From: Mobula hypostoma
Lineage: Eukaryota
Direction of reading: 5' to 3'
Assembly (NCBI RefSeq): GCF_963921235.1
Contig: NC_086097.1
Coordinates: 82,586,001 to 82,650,000 of the forward strand
DNA length: 64,000 nucleotides
Shown: piece by piece, positions 12,617-24,775 of the stretch
How the letters are laid out: each line of letters opens with the position of its first letter
Numbering within the stretch: the stretch's first letter is position 1
Made by a program: the position numbers and the translations under genes
The notes under the pieces: model-generated
What the model saw: the letters and a program-made list of their open reading frames with translations, nothing else
What the model was told of the DNA's origin: nothing
The model's database searches: none

Positions 12617-14915
12617 ACCCCGCAGTAATGACCCTTTCTCCCGTCTTCAAACCTCCTCCTCTTGCGAGGCACCCCACACTGGACTTCTACCTGCTCTGGA
12701 TCTTTTCATTGCCAACTGCTAACGGGACATCAACCATCTCGACTTAAGCATGCCGCTCTCCTATTCCAACCTCACCCCTTTCAAATGCTTTGCTCTCCAC
12801 TCCCTCCGTACCAATCCTAACCTCACCATCAGACTCACAGATAAAGAGGTGCTGGCAGACTGACCTCTACCTTGCTGAGGCCCAGCAACAACTCTCAGAC
12901 AGTTCTTCTTACTTACCCCTTGAACAGGACCCCAGCAAGGAACACCAGGCTATTGTTTCCTACACCATCACCAACCATATTAGCTCTGGGGATCTCCCAT
13001 CCACTCCCAACCTCATAGTTCCCGCACCTTCCATTTCTACCTCCTACCCACGATCCACAAACCCACTTGTCCAGGTAGACCCATTGTTGCAGCTTGTTCC
13101 TGCCGCACTGAACTCATATCAGCGTATCTCAACTCAGTTTTATCCCCCTGGTTCAATCCCTTCCTACCTACATCCGTGACACTTCATATGTTCTGGATCT
13201 TTTCAACGATTTCAAGTTTCCTGGCCCCCATCATTTTATTTTTACTGTGGATGTCCAGTCCATATAAACCTCCAACCCCCAACAGGAAGGCCTGAAAGCT
13301 CTCCATTTCTTTCTGGACACCAGACCTAACCAGTTCCTCTCCACCACCATTCTCCTCTGTCTAGAGGAACTTGTCCTCACTCTCAATAATTTCTCCTTTT
13401 ACTCCTCCCACTTCCTTCAAACAAAAGGTGTAGCCATGGCCACCTGCATGGGTGCCAGCTATGCCTGCCTTTTTGTCAGCTACGTGGAACAGTCCATGTT
13501 CCAAGCCTGCACTGTTGTCTGTCCGCCACTTTTCCTACACTACATCGACGACTGCATTGGTGCTGCTTCCTGCACTCATGCTGAGCTCGTCGATTTCATC
13601 AACTTTGCCTCCAACTTCCACCCTGCCCACAAATACACCTGGTCCATTTCCAACACTTCACTCCCCTTTCTCAATCTCACTCTCTCTATTTCTGGAGACA
13701 GCTTATCAACTGATGTCTATTATGAACCCACGGACTCTTACAGCTACCTTTTCCCACCCTGTTACTTGTAAAAACATCATCTCCTTCTCTCAATTCCTCC
13801 ATTTCGGCAGGAGATATCTTCCTTTTTAAAAGAAAGGGGCTTCTATTCCTCCACCATCAACACTGCTCTCAACTGCATCTCTTCCATTTCACACACATCT
13901 GCTCTGACCCATCCTCCTGCCACCCTGCCAGGATAGAGTTCCTCTTGTCCTCACCTACCACACCACCAGCCTCCACGTGCAGCACATAATTCAACAGAAT
14001 TTCTGCCATCCCCAACACGATCTCACCACCAAGCACATCTTTCCCTCTCCCCAATTTCTGCTTTCTGAGGGATTGCTCCCTATGCGACTCCCTTGTCCAT
14101 TTGTCCCTCATCACTGATCTCCCTCCTGGCATTTATCCTTGCAAGCAGAACAAGTCCTACACCTGCCCCTACACCTCCTCCCTCACTACCATTCAGGGCC
14201 CCAAACAGTCCTTCAGGTGAGACAGCACTTCACCTGTGAGTCTGTTAGGGTTTATATACTGTGCTCGGTGCTTCCTGTGTGGCCTCCTGTATAGCGGGGA
14301 GACCGCTTTGACAAGCACCTATTCACCATCCGCCAGAAAAAGTGTGATCTCCCAGTGGTCACCCATTTTAATTCTATTTCCCATTCCCATTCCCATTCCA
14401 ACATGTCAGCCCATGGCTTCCTTTACTGCTGCGATGAGGGCACACTCAGGTTGAAGGAGCAACACTTTATATTCTGTTTGGGTAGCCTGATGGCATGAAC
14501 ATCGATTTCTCGAATTTATGATAATGGCCCCCAACCCCCTCCTTTACCATTTCCCACCCACTTTTTCCTCTCTCACCTTATCCTTGCCTTCCCATCGCCT
14601 CCCTCTGGTGCTCCTCCCTTTTCTTTTTCCTCATGGCCTTCTGTCCTCTCCTATCAGACTCCCCCTTCTCCAGCCCTGTATCTCTTTCACCTATCAACTT
14701 CCCAGCTCTTTACCTCATCCCTTCCCCCTCCCGGTTTCACCTATCACCTTGTGTTTCTCTCTCCCCTTGCCAACCTTTTAAATTTACCCATCTTTTTTGA
14801 TCACAGCCTGAAACGTCAACTGTACTTTTTTCAATTGATGTTGCCTGGCCTGCAGAGTTCCTCCAGTATTTTGTGTGTGTTGCTTGGATTTCCAGCATCT
14901 ACAGATTTTCTCTTG
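12617..14915 (+). mobile_element. Penelope-like retroelement (RT + GIY-YIG endonuclease + terminal repeat), frameshifted
   Basis: RT motifs FTVDVQS (about 13240), QTKGVAMATCMGASYACLF and YIDD (ORF 13436). GIY-YIG-like IYCARCFLCGLLYSGET (ORF 14236). PLE terminal repeat ending CCAGCATCTACAGATTTTCTC. Confidence 0.9.
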
Positions 14916-14991
14916 TCTAAAATGAACTGTGCCTTAAGTAGCAGGGATACACATTTAGTAATGTTCTAAAAGCAAGAACATTCATCATTTG

Positions 14992-15369
14992 ACACACATA
15001 AAAGTTGCTGGTGAACGCAACCGGACAGGCGGCATCTCTAGGAAGAGGTACAGTCGACGTTTCGAGCCGAGACCCTTCGTCAGGACTAACTGGAAGAAGA
15101 GCTAGTAAGAGATTTGAAAGTGGGAGGGGGAGGGGGAGATCCGAAATGATAGGAGAAGACTGGAGGGGGAGGGATGGAGCCAAGAGCTGGACAGTTGATT
15201 GGCAAAAGGGATATGAGAGGATCATGGGACAGGAGTCCTAGGGAGAAAGAAAAGGGGGAGGGGGGAAAATCAGAGGATGGGCAAGGGGTGCAGCCTGGCC
15301 TGCTGCATTCACCAGTAACCTTTATGTGTGTTGCTTGAAATTCCAGCATCTGCAGATTTCCTCGTGTTT
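14992..15369. mobile_element. Young Penelope-derived non-autonomous insertion with inverted termini
   Basis: A minus-oriented terminal repeat (14992-15290) is fused to a plus-oriented terminus (about 15295-15369). Perfect 14-bp TSD ACATTCATCATTTG at 14978-14991 and 15370-15383. Confidence 0.88.
15051..15088 (-). ncRNA. Minimal type I hammerhead ribozyme, intact core
   Basis: The minus strand reads UAGUC-CUGACGA-A-GGG-UCUCGG-CUC-GAAA-CG-UC-GACUG. Stem I UAGUC/GACUG, CUGANGA and GAAA boxes, stem II, palindromic ACGU stem III and a GUC cleavage triplet are all present. Confidence 0.82.
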
Positions 15370-15474
15370 ACATTCATCATTTGTCTTTCCCTATGTAGAT
15401 TCAATGGGACAGAATCAGAAATGTACCACACCCAATAATTGGTTTCACTAGCCACTAGATATCATTTGGATGTG

Positions 15475-15630
15475 AAACACAAGAGATTCTGCTAATACTG
15501 GAAATTTTGAGCAACAAACACAAAATGCTGGAGGAACTCAGCAAGGCAGGCAGCATTTATGGAGAGGAATAAACAGTTGATGTTTCAGGCCGAAACCCTT
15601 GATCAGGACTGAAAAGGAAGGGGGAAGATG
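15475..15630 (-). mobile_element. Penelope terminal-repeat fragment with a mutated hammerhead (CUGAUCA)
   Basis: ACAAAATGCTGGAGGAACTCAGC...GATGTTTCAGGCCGAAACCCTTGATCAGGACTG. Confidence 0.75.
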
Positions 15631-15699
15631 ATGGAAATTAAATTGTGTACAGGTTTTATTTCCCGAAGACAGGTTCTCTTTTTAGTTAATCGATACTAC

Positions 15700-15996
15700 T
15701 CTGGTGGCGTAGTGGCATCAGCCGCTGGACTTTGGGGTGAGACGACCCGAGTTCGAGTCCGGCCAGCTCCCTTGCACGCTCTCCATCTGTGCCTGGGTTG
15801 AGTGTTGAGCTAACAACTTGACCTCGTAAAAAAAGACCCGGAGAGGGATGGGCTCCGCCAGGTTTCAGATGCCCAAGACACGCTGTATGATGAGCAAACC
15901 AAAAAGATCGATGCAAAAAGCTTGTCATGATGGCACCCTGACGACTCCACCAGGAGTTAAGGGCGCGCGCGCGCGCGCACGCACACACACACACAC
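15700..15996 (+). mobile_element. tRNA-derived SINE ending in a (GC)n(AC)n microsatellite
   Basis: A box TGGCGTAGTGG (about 15706) and B box GAGTTCGAGTCC (about 15749); tail at 15963-15996. Confidence 0.75.
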
Positions 15997-15999
15997 TTG

Positions 16000-17770
16000 A
16001 TAAATTTGTAACCCTAGAATGATCCCTAACAGTGGGTGGAGTCTTTGATGATACAGGCTGCTTTACTGAGGCAGCAAGAAGTATAGACAAAGTCAAAGAA
16101 GGGGAGGCAGATGTGTTGAGCTATGTCCACCATTCTGCAGTTTCTTGTAGCAATGGGCAGAGAAGAAATTTATTATCACTAACATTTGTTCTTTTGTAGC
16201 CACAGTACAGTGCAGGCTTAATAAATTATGCTAAGTTACAATATATAAAAAAAGTGCAAAAGAGGAATAGCAAGGTAGTGTTCATGGTCTGGTCAGAAAT
16301 CTGATGGTAGAGAGGAAGAAGCTATTCTTGAAACACTGAATGTGTGGCTTCAGGCTCCTGTACCTCCTCCCTGATGGTTTGCAGTTGCCATATCAAACTG
16401 TGATGGATCTGGATAGGATGCTTTCTATGGTGAGTCGATAAGAATTGATGAGGGTCAAAGGGGCATGCCAATTTTTTTAGACCTCTGAAAACCCTTTCCA
16501 CCTCAGCACCATTGATGATAGCAAGAGCATATGCACTGCCCTCCTTCCCAGTTCTTTGCAGGATTATGGCTACCAGATCTTTTTATTTTTGAGAAATTCA
16601 TGAAATGATCTGTTTACCCAAGTAACAATATGATCAGAATCAGGTTTATTATATGATGTGGAAATCATTCTTTTGCAGCAGCACTACAGAGCAAAGACAA
16701 AGATTTATTATGAATTACAAAATAAATAAAAGGAATAATGTGGTAGCCATTCATGGCTGTATGGGCCATTCCAGAAATCTGATGATGGTGGGGAAGAAGT
16801 TCCTGCTGAATTGCTGAGTGAAGGTCTTCAGGCTCCTGTACCTCTTCCTTGATGGTAGTGTTGAGAAAAGGGTATGTCCCAGATATAAAAGTTCAGAATG
16901 ACGGATGCTACCTCTTGAAGTCCTCAATGGTGGGAAGGGTTGTGCCGGTGAGGATGCTGACTGAGGCTGCTGTCTCTTATGATCCTGTGCATTGGAGCCT
17001 CAATACCAGGCTGTAAGGTAACCAGTCAGAATGCTCTCCACCGTACATCTATAAAAATTTGGAAAAGAGACTTTGGTGACCTACCAGATCTCCTCAAACC
17101 TCCAACAAAGTAGAGACACTGGTGTGGCTTTTCAGCATTGCATCATGTTAGGTCATGTGAGATGTCAAATCTGAAGGGCACAGCCTCAAAATCGAGGGGC
17201 GACCTTTATACTGTAATGTCTGTAATATTAACTCATTTCCCTTTTTCTCTCTCCACAAACACTGCCTGATCTTATGGTATTGGTTTATTTTAGTTACATA
17301 TGCTGAAATACAGTGAAAAGCTTTGGTTTTGTAGGCCATCCAAACAGATTATTTCATACCTAATTATGGTAAAGGAAACGGAATGCAGCAAATAGTGATA
17401 CAGTAGAGAAAGAGCAGTGCAGCTAAACAAAAAAAAGTGCGTTGGCTCTGAGTTGGATTGGGAGTTCAAGAGTTCATCTCTTAGCATATGAGAGGTCCAT
17501 TCGAGACTCTGATAGCAGTGGGAAAGAAGCTGTCCTTGAATCTGCTGGTTCATGTTCTCAGGCTTTAATTTTTTTCCTGACAGAGGAGGGGAGCAGAGAG
17601 ATTTACGGGGCTGGAGGAGTCCTTGACTGTGTTGGCTGCTTTCCTGAGGCTGCAGGAAGTGTAGATAGAGGGGAGGTTGGTTCGCGTCTTGAATTGAGCT
17701 GCGTTGACAACTCTCTGCAATTTCCTGTGGTTTGAGCAGAGCGGTTGCCATAGCAAGCTGACCCATCTGG
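16000..17770 (-). mobile_element. Cluster of several degraded Rex1/Babar-like LINE 3' fragments
   Basis: Repeated CTTCAGGCTCCTGTACCTC.TCC.TGATGG segments and an AATCAGGTTTATT tail. ORF 17565 reads 'RKLQRVVNAAQ...LPSI'. Confidence 0.7.
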
Positions 17771-18716
17771 ATCTGATCTATTCTCAGTTCAATTGAAAAA
17801 AATTACCCTGCTTTTTTTGCTCTTGATTATTTCTTATGCTTTTCCACTTTTCTATTACAATCACTGCCCACTGAAACATGCACTTCTGTAGTTCCTTCGC
17901 CAGAACTAAATCCACCATTACCTCTTTCCACTTATACTTCAAGTACCAACCCCCATCTTTACCCTTTACACTAGCTATGTTAGGAAAACTGAACTTACCA
18001 CATCACTTGTGTAGTTATTGAAATTTCTGTAGTTTACCTACAAAATAGCTCCTCTAATGCCTTTCCACTATTTGATAGCCTTTAGTATATATTCAGCAAC
18101 ATTAACATCTCCTCTGTATTCCTTAATATAATTAAAAGGATTTTTTTGAAACCACACTTCTGCTATTGCTGTAATAGTTTACAGTATATGATCGATACTT
18201 CTACACCCCCTGTGTTCCTCCCCTTTACTGGATTACTTGTGGCTGAGAATACTGATATCCTGATGCTCCTCTGCTGCATACAGACTTTACTGTCTCCTAA
18301 TATGCAATCTCACTGCAACACTGCTCGACTGGAACTGGAATTGCACTAATCAGCCATATAAACAAACTTTAAACATGCTGTGGCTGACTTAGTATCTCCT
18401 GAGCCTGACAACAAATTCCTGAAATTGGTAAGAATACCATTTCCAAAAATTAACTTTCTGTAACATGACATACACAAAAGTTGAGCAAAGAAAGATATGT
18501 GTGGAATGCAATGCTGATCCAACATTTCTCTGAATAAATAAATGTCTTTTTAGTTTCCAGGCTGCAAAAACTTCCTTCTAAAGAGCAAAATCTGATAGAA
18601 GCCCTCAGAATAATAGATTTAAAATAATTACAAGTCATTCATTATCAACCTTATATTAATTAAATCTTTGGAAAATAAATTATAACATTAAAGGGATGCA
18701 AAATGTCATTAAATGC

Positions 18717-18991
18717 CAGTAACACAAACAAAATACTGGAGGGACTCAGCAGGCTTGGCAGCATCTATGGGAAAGAGTAAACAGTCAATGTTTCAGGCTG
18801 AGGCCCTTCATCAGGTCTGGGGGAGAAAAAGATGAGAGGTCAGAGTAAGAAGGTGGAATTCCCAGTCCTGATGAAGGGTCTCAGCCGAAAATGTTGACTG
18901 TCTACTCTTTTCCTGGCCTGCTGAGTTCCTCCAGCATATTGTGTGTATTGCTTGGATTTCCAGAATCTGTAGATTTACTCGTGTCTTTGGT
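18717..18991. mobile_element. Penelope-derived mini element made of two inverted termini, each with a hammerhead motif
   Basis: Minus HHR motif at 18782-18819 and plus HHR motif at 18863-18900 (CAGTCCTGATGAAGGGTCTCAGCCGAAAATGTTGACTG). 11-bp TSD TCATTAAATGC at 18706-18716 and 18992-19002. Confidence 0.85.
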
Positions 18992-20284
18992 TCATTAAAT
19001 GCTAATCTGGGGGAGATGAAGTCAAAGCATCATTGTATATTTGTTAAATGTAGATTTTTTTAAAACATAGCCTGCAGGACAAGTTTATATTCTTGTGGTT
19101 CTTGTACCATATGGGAACACCAGACTGCTTCAAGTCTCCTTCATATCCGCAAGTGTAGGAGGTAACCTTAATGACTCCCTGTCCCCTGCTTTTTGTTGTA
19201 ATTTGTTTTGCATTTAGTTTGGCATCTTTTCAGCAGTAGGTTTTATTGACTTGAAACTAAATGCAGTTACTACTGTGCTCAGGTCCTTGGGAGTAGGTCA
19301 GAAGGGTCAGGATCCCTCACATTTCTTGGTTCAGAATGCGTTGTCTTAGCTCATGTTTTGTGCTTGGCAACTACAGGATCTTATTGATTGAAAATGGTAC
19401 TCTTCTTCAGTTTCAGGAATTCCTGTCTGACTTGTGTGCTCCCTCATCACCTATGGTAAATTGATATGGCTGAATAATGCAGTCCTGGTGTTAAACAGGC
19501 AATTTTTGCTCTAAAATAATGGTTGTTTTTCTCTGATTGGAATGATCAGCTGGAGATAAGTTACACTCTAAACACTTGGGTTGAAGTTTGAGTTATGAGG
19601 TCAATTTGGAAGGAGATTTACAATAATGGAAGTTAATTGAATAACATTTTTTTGCAAAAGAACATTATGTGCATGGTGTTTGAAGGTATTTATGTGTACA
19701 CCAATGCTGTTAAACCTTGTCCAGATAAACACTCCTCATTTCACTCTGAAGCATTTGACACCTGACTCTGTAATTAGCCAACCAAATGAGTGTTGGTGTA
19801 TCACTTCCCACTTTAACTCTTTGGTTAAAAAAATGCATTTTTACTCCATGTGACAATATCACCACCTGCTGCAGCTGTGGGATATTACTACACCAATTAT
19901 TGCATGTGATTGACAATTAATTGGTCATTTGAGTAAAGTGATAGCTATCGAGTCAAAACACTTTTTCATCAAATCATTCATGCCAATAATATCTGAAACC
20001 AGTCAGTGAAAGCAGAATGCAACCCGGTATTTTAGAGGAAAGATCTGTTTGTCAGCACACAGCACCACCTAATGATGTGTAAATAAATTACATCTAAAAA
20101 TTTTCTAAGGTCTTTTGTCCCTCTAATTCAATCTCTCCTAATAAAAAGGCAAAATCAATTCAAGCTCTAAATATTAAAAAAAAGTTTTGTTGATGTATTT
20201 GCTAATGAGAACTAAAGATTAAGATGGAAGAGTGATTGAATAATGCTTGCAATAATATGGGATGAATTTTACAATTCTGATCTT

Positions 20285-21030
20285 AGTCATAGTCATACTT
20301 TATTGATCCCGAGGGAAATTGGGTTTCGTTACAGTTGCACCAACCAAGAATAGAGTATAAATATAGCAATATAAAACCATAAATAATTACATAATAATAT
20401 GTAAATTATGCCAGATGGAAATAAGTCCAGGACCAGCCTATTGGCTCAGGGTGTCTGACCCTCCAAGGGAGTAGTTGTGAAGTTTGATGGCCACAGGCAG
20501 GAATGACTTCCTATAACGCTCTGTGCTGCATCTCGGTGGAATAAGTCTCTGGCTGAATGTACTCCTGTGCCCACCCAGTACATTATGTAGTGGATGGGAG
20601 ACATTGTCCAAGATGGCATGCAACTTGGACAGCATCCTCTTTTCAGACACCACCGTCAGCGAATCCAGTTCCATTCCCACAACATCATTGGCCTTACGAA
20701 TGAGTTTGTTGATTCTGTTGGTGTCTGCTACCCTTAGCCTGCTGCCCCAGCACACAACAGCAAACATGATAGCACTGGCCACCACAGACTCGTAGAACAT
20801 CCTCAGCATCGTCCGGAAGATGTTAAAGGACCTCAGTCTCCTCGGGAAATAGAGACGGCTCTGACCCTTCTTGTAGACAGCCTCAGTGTTCTTTGACCAG
20901 TCCAGTTTATTGTCAATTCGTATCCCCAGGTATTTGTAATCCTCCACCATGTCCACACTGACCCCCTGGATGGAAACAGGGGTCACCGGTACCTTAGCTC
21001 TCCTCAGGTCCACCACCAGCTCCTTAATCT
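20285..21030 (-). mobile_element. 5'-truncated young Rex1/Babar LINE (RT C-terminus, uninterrupted 192-aa ORF)
   Basis: ORF 20438-21016: YKYLGIRIDNKLDWSKNTEAVYKKGQSRLYF..RLRSF...KSFLPVAIKL. (ATGACT)n tail at about 20285-20297. Confidence 0.9.
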
Positions 21031-22376
21031 TCCACTAATAACTAACAATTCTAACTTGTAAAAGGTAATTTAATTTGGCAAATGTTTGCTATGTATATTG
21101 AAAAAGGGTTTAAGATAGCAGAGATTTTTTAAATCAACATTTTAGTGAACAAAATTAGAAGCTAATATCAATATTATGTGATATCCTGTGATTCTGAAAG
21201 AGATTTCTGTGAAGACTGCATAAATTACCAATTAAGCCATGACCAATTTTGATCATTTAAGTTTGAAAGAACATAAAGGTCTCGCAGACAGTGCTAGAAT
21301 GGATCCAGGAGTGGGAATCTTTGGGAAAAAGGATGGACCTGGAGAATACATGATTGCTCTTGAAGAGATTTAGTACAGGTGTAAAAGGTTTAGCTGAGGT
21401 TCTAGTAGGAACAGGGTGCAGGTTTAAAATTTTAGGCAAAGGTTGCAAAAGGGATGTGAAAAAAAGCTTTTTTTTGCACTAAAAAGAGCTAAGTTATAGA
21501 ATTTTTTGTCTGTAGGGGTAGAAAGAGATTGAATTATGAATCTCAACAGGGAATTGTCTGGTATTGAGTAAAAAATAATCCAGAAGATTACCAAGAAAGA
21601 ATAAGCAAACAGTTGACAGGATTGTTCTTTTGGAGCTGACATTTACCTGATGATTTGTATGTTCTCCTTTAATGCACTAATAATCTATAGTAATAAGAAA
21701 CCAATGTCCTTTCTAGGTTCAGCATCAAATACCAGCAGTAATATACTACAAATCCGAATGTGGATACTTTGCTGCATTCAGATGCCTCAGCTCCAACCTC
21801 AACTTTTAGATAGCACTTGTTTCTATTCTGTAGTTTGAGCTAACTCACTATCACAAGCAAAAAGGTGGGAAAAAAATCATGGATTGTGCTACTGAATAAT
21901 CTTTACTCATAATCTTTAACTGCTTTTTGTTGCTCATATTGCAAAGGCCACATGGTTTAAAAGTTCCCTATAGCATTGATCAAAATATGAATAAAATACA
22001 TACGTTCCAATGGCAAGGTGTATGTTCCAACCTTATAATCCATGTGTTTTCAACTAGACCACATGGAAAATAACATTCAATGCCCCTCATGCGTCTAGAA
22101 TTCGGAATGTTTGCTGATGATTCAGAGAGTTCAGTTCCATTTACAGCTACTCATGTAATGGAGGAATTTATTTTAGCATGTAACAAGACCCAGGCAACAC
22201 TCAGGCAAGGACAAATGTGATCTGTAATGTGCCACACAAGCACCAGACAATGATTATTTCTAGAAATAAATTCAAACCAATTTCTCTTGACATTGAATGA
22301 CATTACGATCACTGAAAGCCCCCTAACAATATTTAGGGGAGGGCCACTATTGACCAGGACTTAACATAAGCAATTT

Positions 22377-22710
22377 ATAAGTTCGTGGCCAAGGGTAGAA
22401 GGAGATTAATTATACAGCTCTTGTTACATACACGTGCAGTTCAACTCTTTATGTGATTATGCAGAAAGTTTTAAATTAATAACTCATCTCCTTCTACCTT
22501 AGGCCACGAATTTATCAATCACCCCTGCTGTGGACCACTTTCTGGAGGTCCAAGACACCAACTTCTACAAAGAAGGGATCCATATGCTTCACGACCGCTG
22601 GACTAAGTGTGTAAATGTAGGAGGGGACTATGCTGAAAAATAAATGTACTAGGTTTTCTAAAATTGACTCCTTCTGCCTTAGGCAATGAACTTATCAATC
22701 ACCCCTTGTA
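22377..22710 (+). mobile_element. Mariner-family deletion derivative with three TIR copies and the transposase C-terminus
   Basis: 22530-22643 translates VDHFLEVQDTNFYKEGIHMLHDRWTKCVNVGGDYAEK*. TIR-like CTCCTTCT.CCTTAGGC.A.GAA.TTATCAATCACCCCT at 22488-22526 and 22668-22706, then TG and TA. Partial inverted copy at 22377-22405. Confidence 0.85.
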
Positions 22711-23980
22711 AGTATTTGGATAGACATGGACTGATTAAGGATATTCAGCATGGCTTTGTATGTGGTAGTTCATGTCTAACCAATCTTATAGAGTTTTTTT
22801 GAGGAAGTTACCAGGAAAGTGGATGAAGACAAGGCAATGGATGTTGTCTGCAAGGACTTTAGTCAGGCATTTGACAAGGTCCTGCAAGAAGGTTTAGTCA
22901 CTCGGTATTCAGGATGAGGTAGTAAATTGGATTAGACATCGGCTTTGTGGGAGAAGCCAGAGAGTGGTAGTAGATGGTTGCCACTCTGACTGGAGGCCTG
23001 TGACTAGTGGAGTGCCGCAGGGATCGGTGTTGGGTCCGTTGTTGTTTGTCATCTACATCAATGATCTGGATGATAATGTAGTGAACTGGATCAGCAAATC
23101 TGCGGATGACACCAAGATTGTGGGGTGGTGGACAGTGGGGAAGGTTATCAGGACTGGCAGAGGGATCTGTAGCAGCTGGAAAAATGTAGGCAAGGGCAAA
23201 GTTTTGTACTTCGGTAGGACCAACCAAGTCAAGTCTTACACAGTGAACAGCAGGGCAGCGAGGAGTGTGGTAGAACAAAGGGATCTAGGAATACAGGTAC
23301 ATAATTCATTGAAAGTGGTGTCACAGGTAGTTAGGGTCACAAAGAAAGCTTTTGGCACATTGATCTTTATAGTACAGAAGATGGGATATTATTTTGAAGT
23401 TGTATAAGATGTTGGTGAGGCCAAATTTGGAGTATTGTGTCGTCTAACTACATGAAAGATGTAAACAAGGTTGAAGAGTGTAGAGAACATTTACAAGGAT
23501 GTTGCTGGATCTGATGGACATGAGTTATAAGGAAAGATTGAAAAGGTTAGGAGTGTATTCTTTAGAACATAGAATATAAAGAGGAGATTTAATGGGGGTA
23601 TACAAAACTTATGCGGGGGGGATAGGGCAAATGCAAGAAGGCTTTTTTCACTGGGTTGGGTGGGACTACATCCAGAGGTCATGGGTTAAGGGTGAAAGGG
23701 GAGAAGTTTAAGGGGAACATGAGGTGAAACTTCTTCATTCGGAGAGTCATGAGAGTGTGGAATGAGCTGCCAGCACAAGTGGTGCATGCGAGCTTGATTT
23801 CAACATTTGAGAGAAGTTTGGGTAGGTACATGGATAGTAGAGGCAATGTAGGGCTATGGTCCCGGTGCAGGTCGACATGAGTAGGCAGTTTAAATGGTTT
23901 TGGCATGGACCAGATGGGCCCAGGACCCTTTCTCTGTGCTGTACTTCTCTTTGCGTCTATGACTCTAAAGCTCTATGACT
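22711..23980 (+). mobile_element. CR1 LINE, RT region to 3' tail, frameshifted
   Basis: ORF 22964: [24 protein letters not shown]...SADDTK. (CTATGACT)n-like tail at about 23957-23980. Confidence 0.92.
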
Positions 23981-24574
23981 TTATCTCTCTCGGATGTTGT
24001 TTGGGACACATTTTCCAGTTCAATGGTGGGAAAGAGCTCTATGAATGCATTTTCCTTTAGTTTCTAAAAACAGTAGGTGTGTTACCTTTGTCAAGAAAAA
24101 TGAAAAAAAAGCATGTTATCTGAATGGTGAGAGACTGGAGAATGCATTGGAAGGAGTTACCAGACTACCACTGGGAATTTGTATCTATTCTAATGAGGAA
24201 AATTTGTCAGTGCAGGCTTGTATCCGCTGGAATTTAAAAGATAAGCCATGTAATTGGAACATCTATGATTAAGAGGGCCTCCTCAAGATGGATGTGAAAA
24301 AGATGTTTCCTCATGAGAGAATCTAGAATAGTTTAAAAATAAATGGCTGCCTCTGTAAGACAGAAGTGAGAACTTTATTTTCCCTCAAAGACTTCAAAGA
24401 GTCTTTGAAGCTCTTCCTCAAAAGGCAGTGGAAGCAGGAACTTAGAATATTTCTAAGGCAGAGTTGATTAGATTCTTGATAGGCAAGGGTGTGAAAGGTT
24501 AGCTGTGGAAGGTGGGAATGTGGAGATGCAGACCGGAGGGACGAGTGGCCTACTCCTCCTAATGTTGTTCAGTT

Positions 24575-24775
24575 TTTATTTAGTGATACAGCATGGTAAC
24601 AGACAGATTTGGCCCATTGAGCACGTGCTACCCAATTACACCAGTGTGACCAATTAACCCTCTAATCCATGAGTCTTTGGAACGTGGAGCTGCCGGAGAA
24701 AAACTACATGGTCACAGCAGCGGTGGAATTGAACCTGGGTTACTGGCACCGTAATAGCATTATGCTAGCCGCTAG
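24575..24775 (-). mobile_element. V-SINE-like tRNA SINE fragment
   Basis: GGAATTGAACCTGGGT (reverse B box) ... GCATTATGCTAGCCGCTA (reverse A box), plus a tail beginning TTTTATTTAGTGATACAGC. Confidence 0.6.
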
